A stretch of 35,278 bases of DNA from Deinococcaceae bacterium (GTDB lineage: Bacteria > Deinococcota > Deinococci > Deinococcales > Trueperaceae). Made by a program: the position numbers and the translations under genes. Position 1 is the stretch's first letter. Every line of letters starts with the position of its first letter. This document shows, piece by piece, positions 1-9,299 of this stretch. The stretch covers positions 9,194 through 44,471 of the forward strand of contig JBDZWC010000008.1 in the NCBI GenBank assembly GCA_040256005.1, written 5' to 3'. The notes beneath the pieces are model-generated. The model saw only the letters and a list, made by a program, of their open reading frames with translations. It had not been told where the DNA came from and searched no databases.

Positions 1-13
1 TCGGCGACACCGG

Positions 14-22
14 TGGTAACCT
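14..22 (+). promoter_or_regulatory. Extended -10 element (TGGTAACCT) for serA operon, leaderless or very short leader
   Basis: TGnTAnnnT ends 8 nt before ATG at 31; no Shine-Dalgarno between them. Confidence 0.5.
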
Positions 23-30
23 CTCGCGGC

Positions 31-1602
31 ATGGCGCGCATACTCGTGACCGATGCCATCCAGCTGGGGGAAGCTCGCGACCCTGAGATGGTCGTGGACT
101 ACCGCGCAGGCATCGAGCGGCCGGAGCTCCTCGAGATCGTGGGTGGCTACGAGGCGATCATCACCCGCAGCCGCACCCGGGTCGACGCTGAGCTGCTCGA
201 GAGTGCGACGAAGCTACTGGTCGTGGGGCGCGGTGGCGTGGGCGTGGACAACATCGACATGGAGGCCGCCAGCCGCAGGGGCGTCCTGGTGGTCAACGCG
301 CCGGAAGCGAACAACGTGTCCGCGGCCGAGCTGGCGATGGCGCTCATGCTGGCGGCCGCGCGTGGGGTATCGCGCTCCGACCGGCTCATTCGCGAGGGCA
401 AGTGGGACCGGGCCTTCCTGGGCCGGGAACTGAAAGGCGCGCGGCTGGGCATCGTGGGCCTGGGGCGTATCGGCTCGCTCGTGGCCAAGCGCGCGCAGGG
501 CCTGGGCATGAGCGTCGGCGCCTTCGACCCTTACGTCTCGCCGCACAGGGCGGAGGAGCTGAAGGTGGACCTGCACGACGACCTCGAGAGCCTCCTGCGC
601 CGGTCGGACTTCCTCACGGTCCACACGCCGCTGACGGAGGAGACCGAGGGCATGATCGGCAGCGCCGAGCTGGCCCTGCTGCCGGACGGCGCCGTAGTCG
701 TCAACGCGGCGCGAGGCGGCATCGTCGAAGAGGACGCGCTCCTCGCCGCGCTTCAGTCCGGCAAGCTGTTCGGGGCCGGGCTCGACGTCTTCGTGCTCGA
801 GCCGCCGACCCCCGACAACCCGCTCGTGAACCGTGACGACGTGGTCCTGACGGCCCACCTGGGGGCGAACACAGTCGAGGCGCAGGGGCGCGTGGGCACC
901 GAGATCCTGGAGCGCACGATCATGGCCCTGAAGGGCGACTACTCGCGCGGTGTCGTGAACGCCCCGGCGCTGTCGCCCCAGGTGATGGCGGAGCTGGGGG
1001 ACCACCTGCGCCTCGGCGAGGTGCTGGGCTCCGTCGTGGCGCAGCTGGGCGGCGGGCGGGTGCGTGAGCTGGAGATCGAGCTGGCGGGCGAGTTCCCCAT
1101 CGACCCCGACCCCGTGGCGACGGCGGTGATCAAGGGTCTGCTCGAGCCGGTCCTGGACCAGCCACCTACTTACGTCAACGCCCCGTCCATCGCGCGCGAG
1201 CGCGACATCCGCGTCTCCAAGGTGCGCGCCGCCAGGGGTAGGGGCTACACGACGATGGTGACGGCGACGGTCAAGGGGCCGGGCGGCTCCGCGAGCGTCG
1301 CCGGTACGGTGCTGGCCGACAAGCCGCGCATCGTCGCCATCGACGGCTACCCGCTGGAGATCAGGCCGGAGGGCACGATGCTCGTGTGCACGAACTACGA
1401 CCGGCCCGGCGCCGTCGGCCGGGTGGGGACGGTGCTCGGCGAGGCCGGCGTCAACATCAACTCGATGCAGCTCTCCCGCGTCTCGGAGGACGGTCTGGCC
1501 ATGTTCGTCCTCACCTTGGACAGCACCCCGGACGCGGCCGTGCTGGACGTCCTCAGGTCCCACCGGGACGTGATCCACACGCTGCGCCTGGTCAAGCCAT
1601 GA
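31..1602 (+). CDS. serA: D-3-phosphoglycerate dehydrogenase (long type with ASB and ACT domains)
   Basis: RGGVGVDNID, GLGRIG Rossmann motif, NAARGG, DVF, TAHLGA catalytic His, C-terminal ACT (DRPGAVG); ATG at 31 preferred over GTG at 13. Confidence 0.95.
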   Translation: MARILVTDAIQLGEARDPEMVVDYRAGIERPELLEIVGGYEAIITRSRTRVDAELLESATKLLVVGRGGVGVDNIDMEAASRRGVLVVNAPEANNVSAAELAMALMLAAARGVSRSDRLIREGKWDRAFLGRELKGARLGIVGLGRIGSLVAKRAQGLGMSVGAFDPYVSPHRAEELKVDLHDDLESLLRRSDFLTVHTPLTEETEGMIGSAELALLPDGAVVVNAARGGIVEEDALLAALQSGKLFGAGLDVFVLEPPTPDNPLVNRDDVVLTAHLGANTVEAQGRVGTEILERTIMALKGDYSRGVVNAPALSPQVMAELGDHLRLGEVLGSVVAQLGGGRVRELEIELAGEFPIDPDPVATAVIKGLLEPVLDQPPTYVNAPSIARERDIRVSKVRAARGRGYTTMVTATVKGPGGSASVAGTVLADKPRIVAIDGYPLEIRPEGTMLVCTNYDRPGAVGRVGTVLGEAGVNINSMQLSRVSEDGLAMFVLTLDSTPDAAVLDVLRSHRDVIHTLRLVKP

Positions 1603-2747
1603 CGCGGGAGCGTCTCTACGCTCCGGGGCCGGTGCCGGTGCCGCCGCAGGTGCTCGCCGCCCTGGCGCAGCCCGTCGTGCATCACCGGTCCCCAGCCTTC
1701 CGCGCCCTCTTCAGCCGCGTGCGCGAGAGGCTCGCCGCGGTCTTCGACGTGCCGGGGGAGGACGTCGTGGTGGTCACGGGCTCCGGCACCGCGGCGTTCG
1801 AAGCCGCGCTGCTCGCCTGCTTGGGGCCGGGCGAGCAGGTACTGTGCCTGCGCTCCGGGCGGTTCGGCGAGAAGTGGGCCGGCATGTCTCGGCACTTCGG
1901 GCTGGAGGTCACCGAGCTGGCGGCCGACTACGGCGCCGACTACGACCTGACGGCGCTGCGGTCCGCGCTGCGGGGCCGGCCCGGTGTCGCGGCCGTGATC
2001 GTCGTCCATTCCGAGACCTCGACCGGGATGCTGCACGATGTCGCCGCCGTCGCCCGGACGGTCAGGGAGATAGAGCCCGAAGCGCTGGTCATCGTCGATG
2101 CCGTCAGCAGCCTGGCGGCAGCAGAGCTGAGGCCACGCGTCTGGGACCTCGACGTCGTGGTCTCCGGCTCACAGAAGGGCGTCATGGTCCCGCCCGGCCT
2201 GGCGTTCGCCTGGCTGTCCGAGCGCGCGTGGGCGCGCGAAGGCCCGAGGGCGCCCAGCTACTACCTGGACCTGAGGCGTGAGCGTGAGAGGCAGAGGGAC
2301 GGCCAGACCGGCAGCACACCAGCCACCTCGCTGGTCGCCGCCCTCGACGTGTCGCTGGGCATGATCCTGGCGGAGGGCCTGGAGGAGAGATGGAGGCTCA
2401 AGGCTCGACTCAACGCCGCGCTGCTTGCCGCCGGTGAGGCCGCCGGGTTGCGGCGCTTCGCGGTTCGCCCCAGCCCGGCCACGGCCGCGCTGGCGACGCC
2501 GGACGGCGTCGACGCGTCCACGCTCGTGGCGGCGCTGCGAGAAGCCGGCATCTACATCGGCGGCGGTCAGGGTGACCTCAAGGAGCGCATCATCCGGCCC
2601 TCGCTGCTGGGCTACGCGGACGAGCATGATCTCATGACGCTCGCCGCTGCACTCGAGTCGGCAGCAGACCGGATCGGCCTGAGCCCGCGGGCGGGGGCGG
2701 CCGTCGCCGCCGCGGCCGCGAGCTGGGCCGGCTCATCACGGAGGTGA
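1599..2747 (+). CDS. Class V PLP aminotransferase (AGT/SgaA-like; candidate phosphoserine aminotransferase)
   Basis: PGPVPVP, GSGT, VHSETSTG, DAVSS, SGSQKG PLP lysine; ATG overlaps serA stop (ATGA); ORF-track start at 1386 is an upstream extension. Confidence 0.9.
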   Translation: MTRERLYAPGPVPVPPQVLAALAQPVVHHRSPAFRALFSRVRERLAAVFDVPGEDVVVVTGSGTAAFEAALLACLGPGEQVLCLRSGRFGEKWAGMSRHFGLEVTELAADYGADYDLTALRSALRGRPGVAAVIVVHSETSTGMLHDVAAVARTVREIEPEALVIVDAVSSLAAAELRPRVWDLDVVVSGSQKGVMVPPGLAFAWLSERAWAREGPRAPSYYLDLRRERERQRDGQTGSTPATSLVAALDVSLGMILAEGLEERWRLKARLNAALLAAGEAAGLRRFAVRPSPATAALATPDGVDASTLVAALREAGIYIGGGQGDLKERIIRPSLLGYADEHDLMTLAAALESAADRIGLSPRAGAAVAAAAASWAGSSRR

Positions 2748-3370
2748 ACCGGCAGAGCCAGCCGCCGGATCTTGCCTCCGCGGACCTCCTGCTGGTGCGG
2801 CACGCGCGCCCGGAGCTGCGGGCGGGCGTCAGGGCCAGCGAGTGGCGTCTCGGCGCCGACGCCGAGGAGGCCACCGACGCGCTGGCCGTCGAGATCGACA
2901 GGCTGCTCGGGCCCTCCGGCAGGCGGGTGTCGCGGCTCTGGTCGAGCACCGAGCCCAAGGCGGTCGGCACGGCCGCGGTGCTGGGGTCCGCGTGGGGGCT
3001 GGACGTCGAGCAACTGCAGGACCTGGGCGAGCATAGACGTGGTCCTCTTCCCATCGTCGGCGACCTCGAGTGGCGCGAGACCATCGCCGCGCTGTTCGCC
3101 AGACCCGACGAGCTCGTCCTGGGGCTCGAGACCGCTAACCAGGCCCGACTGAGGTTCACGGCCGCGCTCCATGCCGTGCTGCGCTCTGCCGGCGCCGACG
3201 ACCTCAGCGCGGTGGCGACCCACGCCACGGTGATGACGTTGCTGCTGGCCGCCGGGAACGGCATCGGCGCGATGACGCTGTGGGGCTCGCTCGGCATGCC
3301 GGATGCCCTGTTCGTGGACTCGCGCCGCGGCTTCAGGCTCGTCGGTCGGGCCTGGCGAGGCACACCATGA
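2744..3370 (+). CDS. Histidine phosphatase (phosphoglycerate mutase-like) family protein
   Basis: LLLVRHA motif, WSSTEPKAxxTA, LxE, VATH second His; GTGA overlap with upstream stop. Confidence 0.8.
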   Translation: MNRQSQPPDLASADLLLVRHARPELRAGVRASEWRLGADAEEATDALAVEIDRLLGPSGRRVSRLWSSTEPKAVGTAAVLGSAWGLDVEQLQDLGEHRRGPLPIVGDLEWRETIAALFARPDELVLGLETANQARLRFTAALHAVLRSAGADDLSAVATHATVMTLLLAAGNGIGAMTLWGSLGMPDALFVDSRRGFRLVGRAWRGTP

Positions 3371-4091
3371 GCGGGCTGGCCTCCGAGTAGCGGGAGCGGT
3401 CGAACCCGCCGTAAACGTCCAGGCGGAAGCCGGCCGCGCGACACAGCCTCTCGACCTCGAACCTCGTGTAGTAACGCTGCGTCAGCTCACTCACTCGGCG
3501 TCTCACGGTGCCGTCGGCGGCGACCGCGTCGTGGAGGTAGGTCGTGGTTACCAGCTGGGCCAGCGCGTCCACCGTCTGCACGAGGAAGACGTCCTCCCGT
3601 AGGGCGTCACCGGTCGGCGCCCGCGTGCCCAGCTCGGGCTCCCGCCGTACGACACCCAGGGGCCCGAACCGGGGCACGTACAGGTCGAACGCGAACACGC
3701 CGGCGTTATCCAGGTGGGCGGCGACGACCCCCATGGTCCTGTCCTGGTCGTCGAGCGTGTAGGCGTGCATGAGCGTGTTGAATGGGGCGATCACTAAGGA
3801 GAAGCGCTCTGGGAGGGACAGGTCGCGCATGTCGCCCTCGACCAGCCGCACGGAGTCGAGCAGGCCGGCGCCGGCGAGCCGCGACCTGGCGCGCGCCAGC
3901 ATCGCCGCCGAGCGCTCCACGGCGACGACGCGGTGACCCGCCCGCGCCAGCGCCTCCGTGACACGCCCGGTCCCGGCGCCCAACTCGAGGACCGGGGAGC
4001 CGACGTCGGCGGCCAGCCGCGTGTAGAACGGCAGGTCGTCGCGGTAGGCCAGGTAGTGAGCGTCGTAGAGGTCGGCGTCGTCGTAGATCAA
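3333..4091 (-). CDS. Class I SAM-dependent methyltransferase
   Basis: VLELGAGTGR motif I, GDMRD motif; TTG start preceded by GAGG; 3' end overlaps the convergent phosphatase gene by 38 bp. Confidence 0.88.
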   Translation of the reverse strand: MIYDDADLYDAHYLAYRDDLPFYTRLAADVGSPVLELGAGTGRVTEALARAGHRVVAVERSAAMLARARSRLAGAGLLDSVRLVEGDMRDLSLPERFSLVIAPFNTLMHAYTLDDQDRTMGVVAAHLDNAGVFAFDLYVPRFGPLGVVRREPELGTRAPTGDALREDVFLVQTVDALAQLVTTTYLHDAVAADGTVRRRVSELTQRYYTRFEVERLCRAAGFRLDVYGGFDRSRYSEASPLMVCLARPDRRA

Positions 4092-4101
4092 CCGGGATAC
4101 C

Positions 4102-5802
4102 TCACGCCTCGGCCACCCCGTCCTCCTGGTCCTGGGCGGGAGCCAGCTCCAAGACCATGTCGGCAGCCGCCGTCAAGGCGGGCCGGTGGCTGACAGCGAC
4201 GACGAGACGCTCGGCCGCCAAGCCCGCCAGCAGCGAGACGACGCCGGCCTCGGCGGCCTCGTCGAGATTCGAGGTGGGCTCGTCCAGCAGCAGTACCCGC
4301 GGTAGGCCCACCAACGCCCTGGCGATCGCCAGGCGCTGCCGTTGGCCACCGGACAGCCCGCTACCGTCCTCTCCCAGTTCGGCGTCGAGCCCACCCGGCA
4401 GCCCGGCCACGACGTCAGCCACTCCGGCGGCGGCCAGCGCCGCCCACAGCTCGCCTTCGTCCGTGCCTCTGCCCAGGTCGAGGGTCTCCCGCACGGAGCC
4501 GGAGAGCAGCTCGTGCCCCTGAGGCACGTACGCGACCTCGCGGCGCAGCTCCTCCTCGGGTAGCTGACGCAGGTCGCGCCCGCTCAGCGTCACCTCCCCG
4601 CGCACCGGTGGCAGCAGCCCGAGGAGCGTGCGCAGGAGCGTGGTCTTGCCCGCGCCACTGGGTCCGGTCACGACCACGAGGCCGGAAGCCGGCAGCGACA
4701 TGTCGAGACCGGAGATGACCGGCCTGGCGGGGTCGACGCCTGCCGCCAGGCCCCGAGCGCCAAGTACGTCGCCGGCGCCTGCGAAAAGCCCCCTGAGGCT
4801 CACCGTGGCGGAACCGGTGGCAGGCGGAACGGCGAGCTCCGCGGGTGCCGTGTTGGCAGCGAGAGACTCGATGCGGCGTGCCGCTGCCTCCGCCTGCCGG
4901 TACATGGCGTAGGCGGCGGGCAGCAGTTGGGCCGGCGTAGCGGCCAACGCGACGAGGGTAAGGAAGGTGACCATCTCGCCCACGCTCAGCTCTCCGCGCT
5001 GCACCGACCCGGTGAGGACCACCACCAGCGCCCCCAGGGCGCCGAACAACAGCACCTGCGTGAGCGGCACCTGGAGGGCGGCCAGCAGGCTGCGCCTCGT
5101 CGTGGTCTCGGCCGTGGCGCGGTTCGCGGCCTCGAAACGCCGCAGCGCGAAGCGCCTGGCGCCGAACGCGGCGATCGTCTCGTGATGACGCACGCCCTCC
5201 TGCAGGTGACGGCCGATGGACTCCGTCCCCTCCATGGAGCCGGTGGACGCACGCTGGAGCGCGAGCCCCACGCGCCGCAACACGAGGGCGGCCGGGACGC
5301 CCAGCACGACGAGCAGGCCGGCAGCCACCGGGTCGGCGCGCACCAGGGCCGCGAGGATCAGGACCAGCGTCACGCCCTCGGCCACCAGCGACCCCAGGCC
5401 GTAGCGAACGTAGGTCTCGACCTCCTTGACGTCGGTCACCAGGCGGCTGGCCAGCGCCCCGCTCGAGCCCGGCAGGGTCCCTACCGGGCGCCCGAGGAGC
5501 TCCTCGTAAACCGCGCTGCGGACGCGGGCAGCGCCGTGCGCGGCGGCCCGGCCCAGCAAGGCGTCCTGCGCGAGGAGCGCCAGGCTGCCGATGAGGACGA
5601 CCACGCCCGCGACAACGAGGAGGCCGGGCAAGTGGCTGGGGTCCTGCAGGGCCCTGTCGATGAGCGGGGTCACGAAGACCGGGATCACGGCCACGCGCGA
5701 CACGGCGTTGACCACCGCCGCCAGCATTCCGACGACGGCGTCAGGTCTCCGCGGCCACAGCAGACGGGCCGCGGTGACGCTCTCAGGCGGCCGGTACGGC
5801 AC
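4102..5802 (-). CDS. ABC exporter, fused TMD+NBD (MsbA-like by context)
   Basis: Hydrophobic N-terminal half; Walker A GPSGAGKT, LSGGQ signature, Walker B LLLDE; overlaps the lpxB-like gene. Confidence 0.88.
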   Translation of the reverse strand: MPYRPPESVTAARLLWPRRPDAVVGMLAAVVNAVSRVAVIPVFVTPLIDRALQDPSHLPGLLVVAGVVVLIGSLALLAQDALLGRAAAHGAARVRSAVYEELLGRPVGTLPGSSGALASRLVTDVKEVETYVRYGLGSLVAEGVTLVLILAALVRADPVAAGLLVVLGVPAALVLRRVGLALQRASTGSMEGTESIGRHLQEGVRHHETIAAFGARRFALRRFEAANRATAETTTRRSLLAALQVPLTQVLLFGALGALVVVLTGSVQRGELSVGEMVTFLTLVALAATPAQLLPAAYAMYRQAEAAARRIESLAANTAPAELAVPPATGSATVSLRGLFAGAGDVLGARGLAAGVDPARPVISGLDMSLPASGLVVVTGPSGAGKTTLLRTLLGLLPPVRGEVTLSGRDLRQLPEEELRREVAYVPQGHELLSGSVRETLDLGRGTDEGELWAALAAAGVADVVAGLPGGLDAELGEDGSGLSGGQRQRLAIARALVGLPRVLLLDEPTSNLDEAAEAGVVSLLAGLAAERLVVAVSHRPALTAAADMVLELAPAQDQEDGVAEA

Positions 5803-7009
5803 GCAACCCCGCGCGGTCGCTGACGGTGCTGACGAGCGCTTTCGCCGCGCCCGGTCGTGGCATCGTCTCGCGCAGCCTGAGCCGGCGCCGCTCGAGGCCG
5901 GCGTCGTCCGCCAGCAGGGAGAGGGCCGTCTCGGCCACGCCGTCTGGGTGGAGGCGTCCGGCGACCTCCACCATCAGGTCCTCGCCGGTGATGCGGTTGG
6001 GCAGCGATACGGGCACCGAGAGCCCCTCCACGAACAGCTTCACCGCGTAGCGCTTCAGGTAGCGGCCCACCAACGGCACCAGCCCGAGCCAGTGACCGGT
6101 GCCCTCCAGCGGGATCAGCTCCGGCCGGTTCATGGGCAGCATGACCACCGCGGGCACGCCGGCGACGCCCAGTTCCAGCGTGTTGGTGCCGGGGATCGTC
6201 ACGGCCAGGTCGGCGCTGCGCATGTGGGCGTAACGGTCCGCCTCGGGCACCAGCTCGATGCGGCCGCCAGACGGCGTGAACACGACGTCCCCCTCGCGCC
6301 GACCTGCCATGCCGTGGAGCGTCGCCGCCTCTGCGCCGGCTACCCCTGCGTCCACCGTAGCGGCCCCGAGCATGTTGCTGACCGGCCACACGAAGCGGGC
6401 GCCGGGCAGGGCCGCGGAGAGCTTGTCGACGAGCGCGATCATGAACGGGATCAGGTGCACGGCGAACTGGTCGCGACTGCCCGCGAACAGCAGGACGTGA
6501 GGGCGGCCGGGCGCGGTGGCGGGCTCGGACGACTCGACGGCGTCGGCGACAAGGTTGCCCACCACGCGCAGTGACTCTGCTGGCGTGCCGCGGCGGATGG
6601 CGCGCTCCCTGACGCGCTCGTCGGGCAGCAGGAGGAGCTCGAGGCCCCGGTGCCAGTACGGTTCGAAGCTGTAGCGGAACGCCGGGAAGCCCAGCCGCCG
6701 CGCGATCGCCACGGGCGCGCCCGCGCTGCCCCCGAGCCCGATGACGGCGCCGGACCCGGCGCCGGGGTCGGCCAGCCCCTGGGGCGCCTTCTGGCCCGCC
6801 AGCGACCTCACGTACTCTGCCGGGGTAGAGACGTGGTGCGCCCCGAACGTGGCCGCGACCTCGGCCTCGTTGCCAGCCGCGAACTGGCAGGGCACCAGCG
6901 CCACCGACAGCCGCGCGTCCGGCAGGCTCCGTTTGAGCTCGTTGAGCACCGGCCGCACCCAGGTGTAGAGCTCACCGGGGCCGTTGCTGACGAGGACGAC
7001 CTGAGCCAC
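5783..7009 (-). CDS. lpxB: Lipid-A-disaccharide synthase-like glycosyltransferase (divergent LpxB)
   Basis: N-terminal SNGPGE, VGNL, AGSR, PGTNTLE, SLPN motifs resembling LpxB; directly after lpxA. Confidence 0.75.
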   Translation of the reverse strand: MAQVVLVSNGPGELYTWVRPVLNELKRSLPDARLSVALVPCQFAAGNEAEVAATFGAHHVSTPAEYVRSLAGQKAPQGLADPGAGSGAVIGLGGSAGAPVAIARRLGFPAFRYSFEPYWHRGLELLLLPDERVRERAIRRGTPAESLRVVGNLVADAVESSEPATAPGRPHVLLFAGSRDQFAVHLIPFMIALVDKLSAALPGARFVWPVSNMLGAATVDAGVAGAEAATLHGMAGRREGDVVFTPSGGRIELVPEADRYAHMRSADLAVTIPGTNTLELGVAGVPAVVMLPMNRPELIPLEGTGHWLGLVPLVGRYLKRYAVKLFVEGLSVPVSLPNRITGEDLMVEVAGRLHPDGVAETALSLLADDAGLERRRLRLRETMPRPGAAKALVSTVSDRAGLRAVPAA

Positions 7010-7891
7010 CTACGCGCCTCCCACGAAGCGGGCCACACCGCGCCGCGTGGTGCCGAGGAAGTCGCGCAGCAGCTGAGCGTCGGCGCTGACGGCAGCCAGC
7101 TCGTCGAGCAGCGCCGTGTCGCGCCGCCTCACGGCCCGCAGGGCGGACTCGATGAGGCGGTAGCGCTCGCCTGCGATCCCCGACCGCTTGAGGCCGACCG
7201 AGTTCAGACGGTAGTGCCGCGCCGGGTTGCCCCTGGCCATCGCGAACGGCAGCACGTCCTGGTTCGCCGCGCTGGCCGCGCCGAACATCGCGTACGGTCC
7301 CACCCTGCAGAACTGATGCAGCAGGCTCGAGGAGCCCACGTTCGCCCGGTCGCCGATCTCGCTGTGGCCACCCAGTTGGACGCTCGTGGTGAGGACGCAG
7401 CGCCTGCCGACGACGGTGTTGTGGGACACGTGCGCGTAGCTCATGAGCAGCGTGCCGGCGCCGACACGCGTGAGGCTGCCCTCGCCGGTGGCGCGATGGA
7501 CCGTGACGAACTCCCTTATCACCACGTCGTCTTCGATCACGACGCCGCTGGGTTCGCCGCGGAAGGCGGTGTCCATGGGCTCGCCCGCGATCACGGCGTA
7601 GGGGCCGACAGTGCACGAAGTCCCCAGCTGGGCCCCCGCGTGCAGCACCGTGCCGGCCAGCAGCCGCGTGCCGGCGCCCACACTGACGCCCGACTCCACC
7701 ACGACGCCGGGGCCGACCGTGACCTCGGCGCCGATCAGCGCGCCGGCCGCGATGAACGCGTGCGCCGCGACTCGGGCACCCGGGCCAAGCGAACCGGGGT
7801 CCTCGACGATGGCTGTCGGATGGATCGACGTCTCGCCGGCCCCGGGGGGCGGAGCGCCCTGCGCCTGCGATCGGGAGACCGCCCCCGACAT
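7010..7891 (-). CDS. lpxA: Acyl-ACP--UDP-N-acetylglucosamine O-acyltransferase
   Basis: IHPTA start of hexapeptide repeats, IREFVTVHRAT, AHVSH (catalytic His), LGGH, HQF, DVLPF, LNSVGLKR; ATG at 7891 just after fabZ stop. Confidence 0.93.
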   Translation of the reverse strand: MSGAVSRSQAQGAPPPGAGETSIHPTAIVEDPGSLGPGARVAAHAFIAAGALIGAEVTVGPGVVVESGVSVGAGTRLLAGTVLHAGAQLGTSCTVGPYAVIAGEPMDTAFRGEPSGVVIEDDVVIREFVTVHRATGEGSLTRVGAGTLLMSYAHVSHNTVVGRRCVLTTSVQLGGHSEIGDRANVGSSSLLHQFCRVGPYAMFGAASAANQDVLPFAMARGNPARHYRLNSVGLKRSGIAGERYRLIESALRAVRRRDTALLDELAAVSADAQLLRDFLGTTRRGVARFVGGA

Positions 7892-7892
7892 C

Positions 7893-8312
7893 TCAGCCCG
7901 CGTAGACGAAGGAGAGCGTCGCCTCCGCCGCGACATCTTCGCCCACCAGCGCGGTGGCCTCGACCTTGCACAGACCGCGGCGGAACAGGACGATGCGCCC
8001 GGTGAGCCTGAGGACGTCCCCGGGCACGACCTTGCGCCTGAAGCGAGCGGCCTCGATGCCGGCCAGGTAGCCGATCCCGCCGGGCGTTCCACCCTCCCGC
8101 GCCGCCAGGGCCACCCCGGCGGCCTGCGCCAGGGCCTCCACGATCAACACGCCCGGCATCACCGGCTCCTGAGGGAAGTGGCCGGCGAAGAAGGGCTCGT
8201 TGTGGGTGACGTTCTTGACGCACTCGAAGTCGTCGCCCTCCTGGGACACCAGGGCGTCCACGAACAGGAACGGGTAGCGATGCGGCAGCACTGTGCGGAC
8301 GTCGAGGGCCAT
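7893..8312 (-). CDS. fabZ: 3-hydroxyacyl-ACP dehydratase
   Basis: LPHRYPFLFVD, FAGHFP, PGVLIVEALAQ motifs. Confidence 0.96.
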   Translation of the reverse strand: MALDVRTVLPHRYPFLFVDALVSQEGDDFECVKNVTHNEPFFAGHFPQEPVMPGVLIVEALAQAAGVALAAREGGTPGGIGYLAGIEAARFRRKVVPGDVLRLTGRIVLFRRGLCKVEATALVGEDVAAEATLSFVYAG

Positions 8313-8319
8313 GGAAACG

Positions 8320-8325
8320 AGTCTA
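8320..8325 (-). promoter_or_regulatory. -10 box (TAGACT) of a probable internal leaderless promoter for fabZ-lpxA-lpxB
   Basis: TAGACT lies 7 nt upstream of fabZ ATG in the 24-bp intergenic gap; no SD. Confidence 0.55.
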
Positions 8326-8336
8326 GCGCGGTGTCT

Positions 8337-9299
8337 CTAGACCACCAGTGTGTCGTCTGGGGTCTTCAGCTCCGAGAGCAGGAGGGAGGCGAGGGATAGT
8401 GACCTGAGGTCGTCGGCCAGCGTGCCGATGGGCGACGCGACGCCCGCTTGCCTGGCGAGGAAGTGCTCGAGCTCCTTCTTGAGCGGGTTCTCCTCGTGGA
8501 TCACGTGACGGTCGAGCGTGACGTGGCCGGGGCTCGTGGCCTCGCCCGGCGTCCGGTACACGGCCAGCTCGGCGTACGGCTCCCTGGCGAAGTCGACCCT
8601 GACCGTGCGCTCGCGCTCGGCGACCAGCAGGCTGCGCTCGGCGTCGGGCGCGACGCGGCTGGCCAGGAGCCTGGCGATGCAGCCGTCGGCGAACACGACC
8701 TGCGCGGCGGCGACGTCCTCGTGCGGGCTGCCGTTGAGGCACCGGCCCACGGCGGAGGCCTTCACCACGTCTCCGGTGACGAGCCCGAGCACGATGTCGA
8801 TGTCGTGGATCATGAGGTCGAGGATCACACCCACGTCCTTGACCCGGGTCGAGGGCACGAGACGGCGGGCCTCGATCAGGTACGGATGCTGCACCTCGGA
8901 CTTGAGCTTCTCGACGGAGCCGTAGAACCGCGTGATGTGTCCCACCTGGAGGACGAGCCGGTTGCGGCTGGAGATCTCCGCGAGCTCCTTGGCCTCCTCC
9001 ACGCGGGTCGCGACCGGCTTCTCGACCAGCACATGGACACCGGCGCCCAGCAGCTGCCTCGTGACGGAGTAGTGGAGGCTCGTGGGCGTCGCGACGCTGG
9101 CCGCATCGACGCGTTCGCCCGCCAGCAGGGCCCCGACACTCGAATAGGCGGCCACGCCCAGCTCGATCTGGGCCGAGAGTCGCCTGTCTGGATCCGGGTC
9201 CACGACGGCCACCAGTTCGGCACCGGGCAGGGACGCATAGTTCATGGCGTGGTACCGGCCCCTCACGCCGTAGCCCACCACCGCGATGCGGGAGCTCAC
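8337..9299 (-). CDS. Gfo/Idh/MocA NAD-dependent oxidoreductase, GnnA-like (UDP-GlcNAc 3-dehydrogenase candidate)
   Basis: GYGVRG Rossmann, VEKP, QVGH, DLMIHDID motifs; located between lpxC and fabZ. Confidence 0.8.
   Translation of the reverse strand: MSSRIAVVGYGVRGRYHAMNYASLPGAELVAVVDPDPDRRLSAQIELGVAAYSSVGALLAGERVDAASVATPTSLHYSVTRQLLGAGVHVLVEKPVATRVEEAKELAEISSRNRLVLQVGHITRFYGSVEKLKSEVQHPYLIEARRLVPSTRVKDVGVILDLMIHDIDIVLGLVTGDVVKASAVGRCLNGSPHEDVAAAQVVFADGCIARLLASRVAPDAERSLLVAERERTVRVDFAREPYAELAVYRTPGEATSPGHVTLDRHVIHEENPLKKELEHFLARQAGVASPIGTLADDLRSLSLASLLLSELKTPDDTLVV

Noticed and set aside
214..1578. Long antisense and alternative-frame ORFs throughout (e.g. 214..1578, 12952..13983, 22574..24034, 30848..32263)
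   Set aside because: Shadow ORFs expected in very GC-rich DNA; they overlap well-supported genes and show no family motifs
7892..8092. Extended LpxA N-terminus from the ORF track
   Set aside because: Overlaps fabZ out of frame; ATG at 7891 follows the fabZ stop
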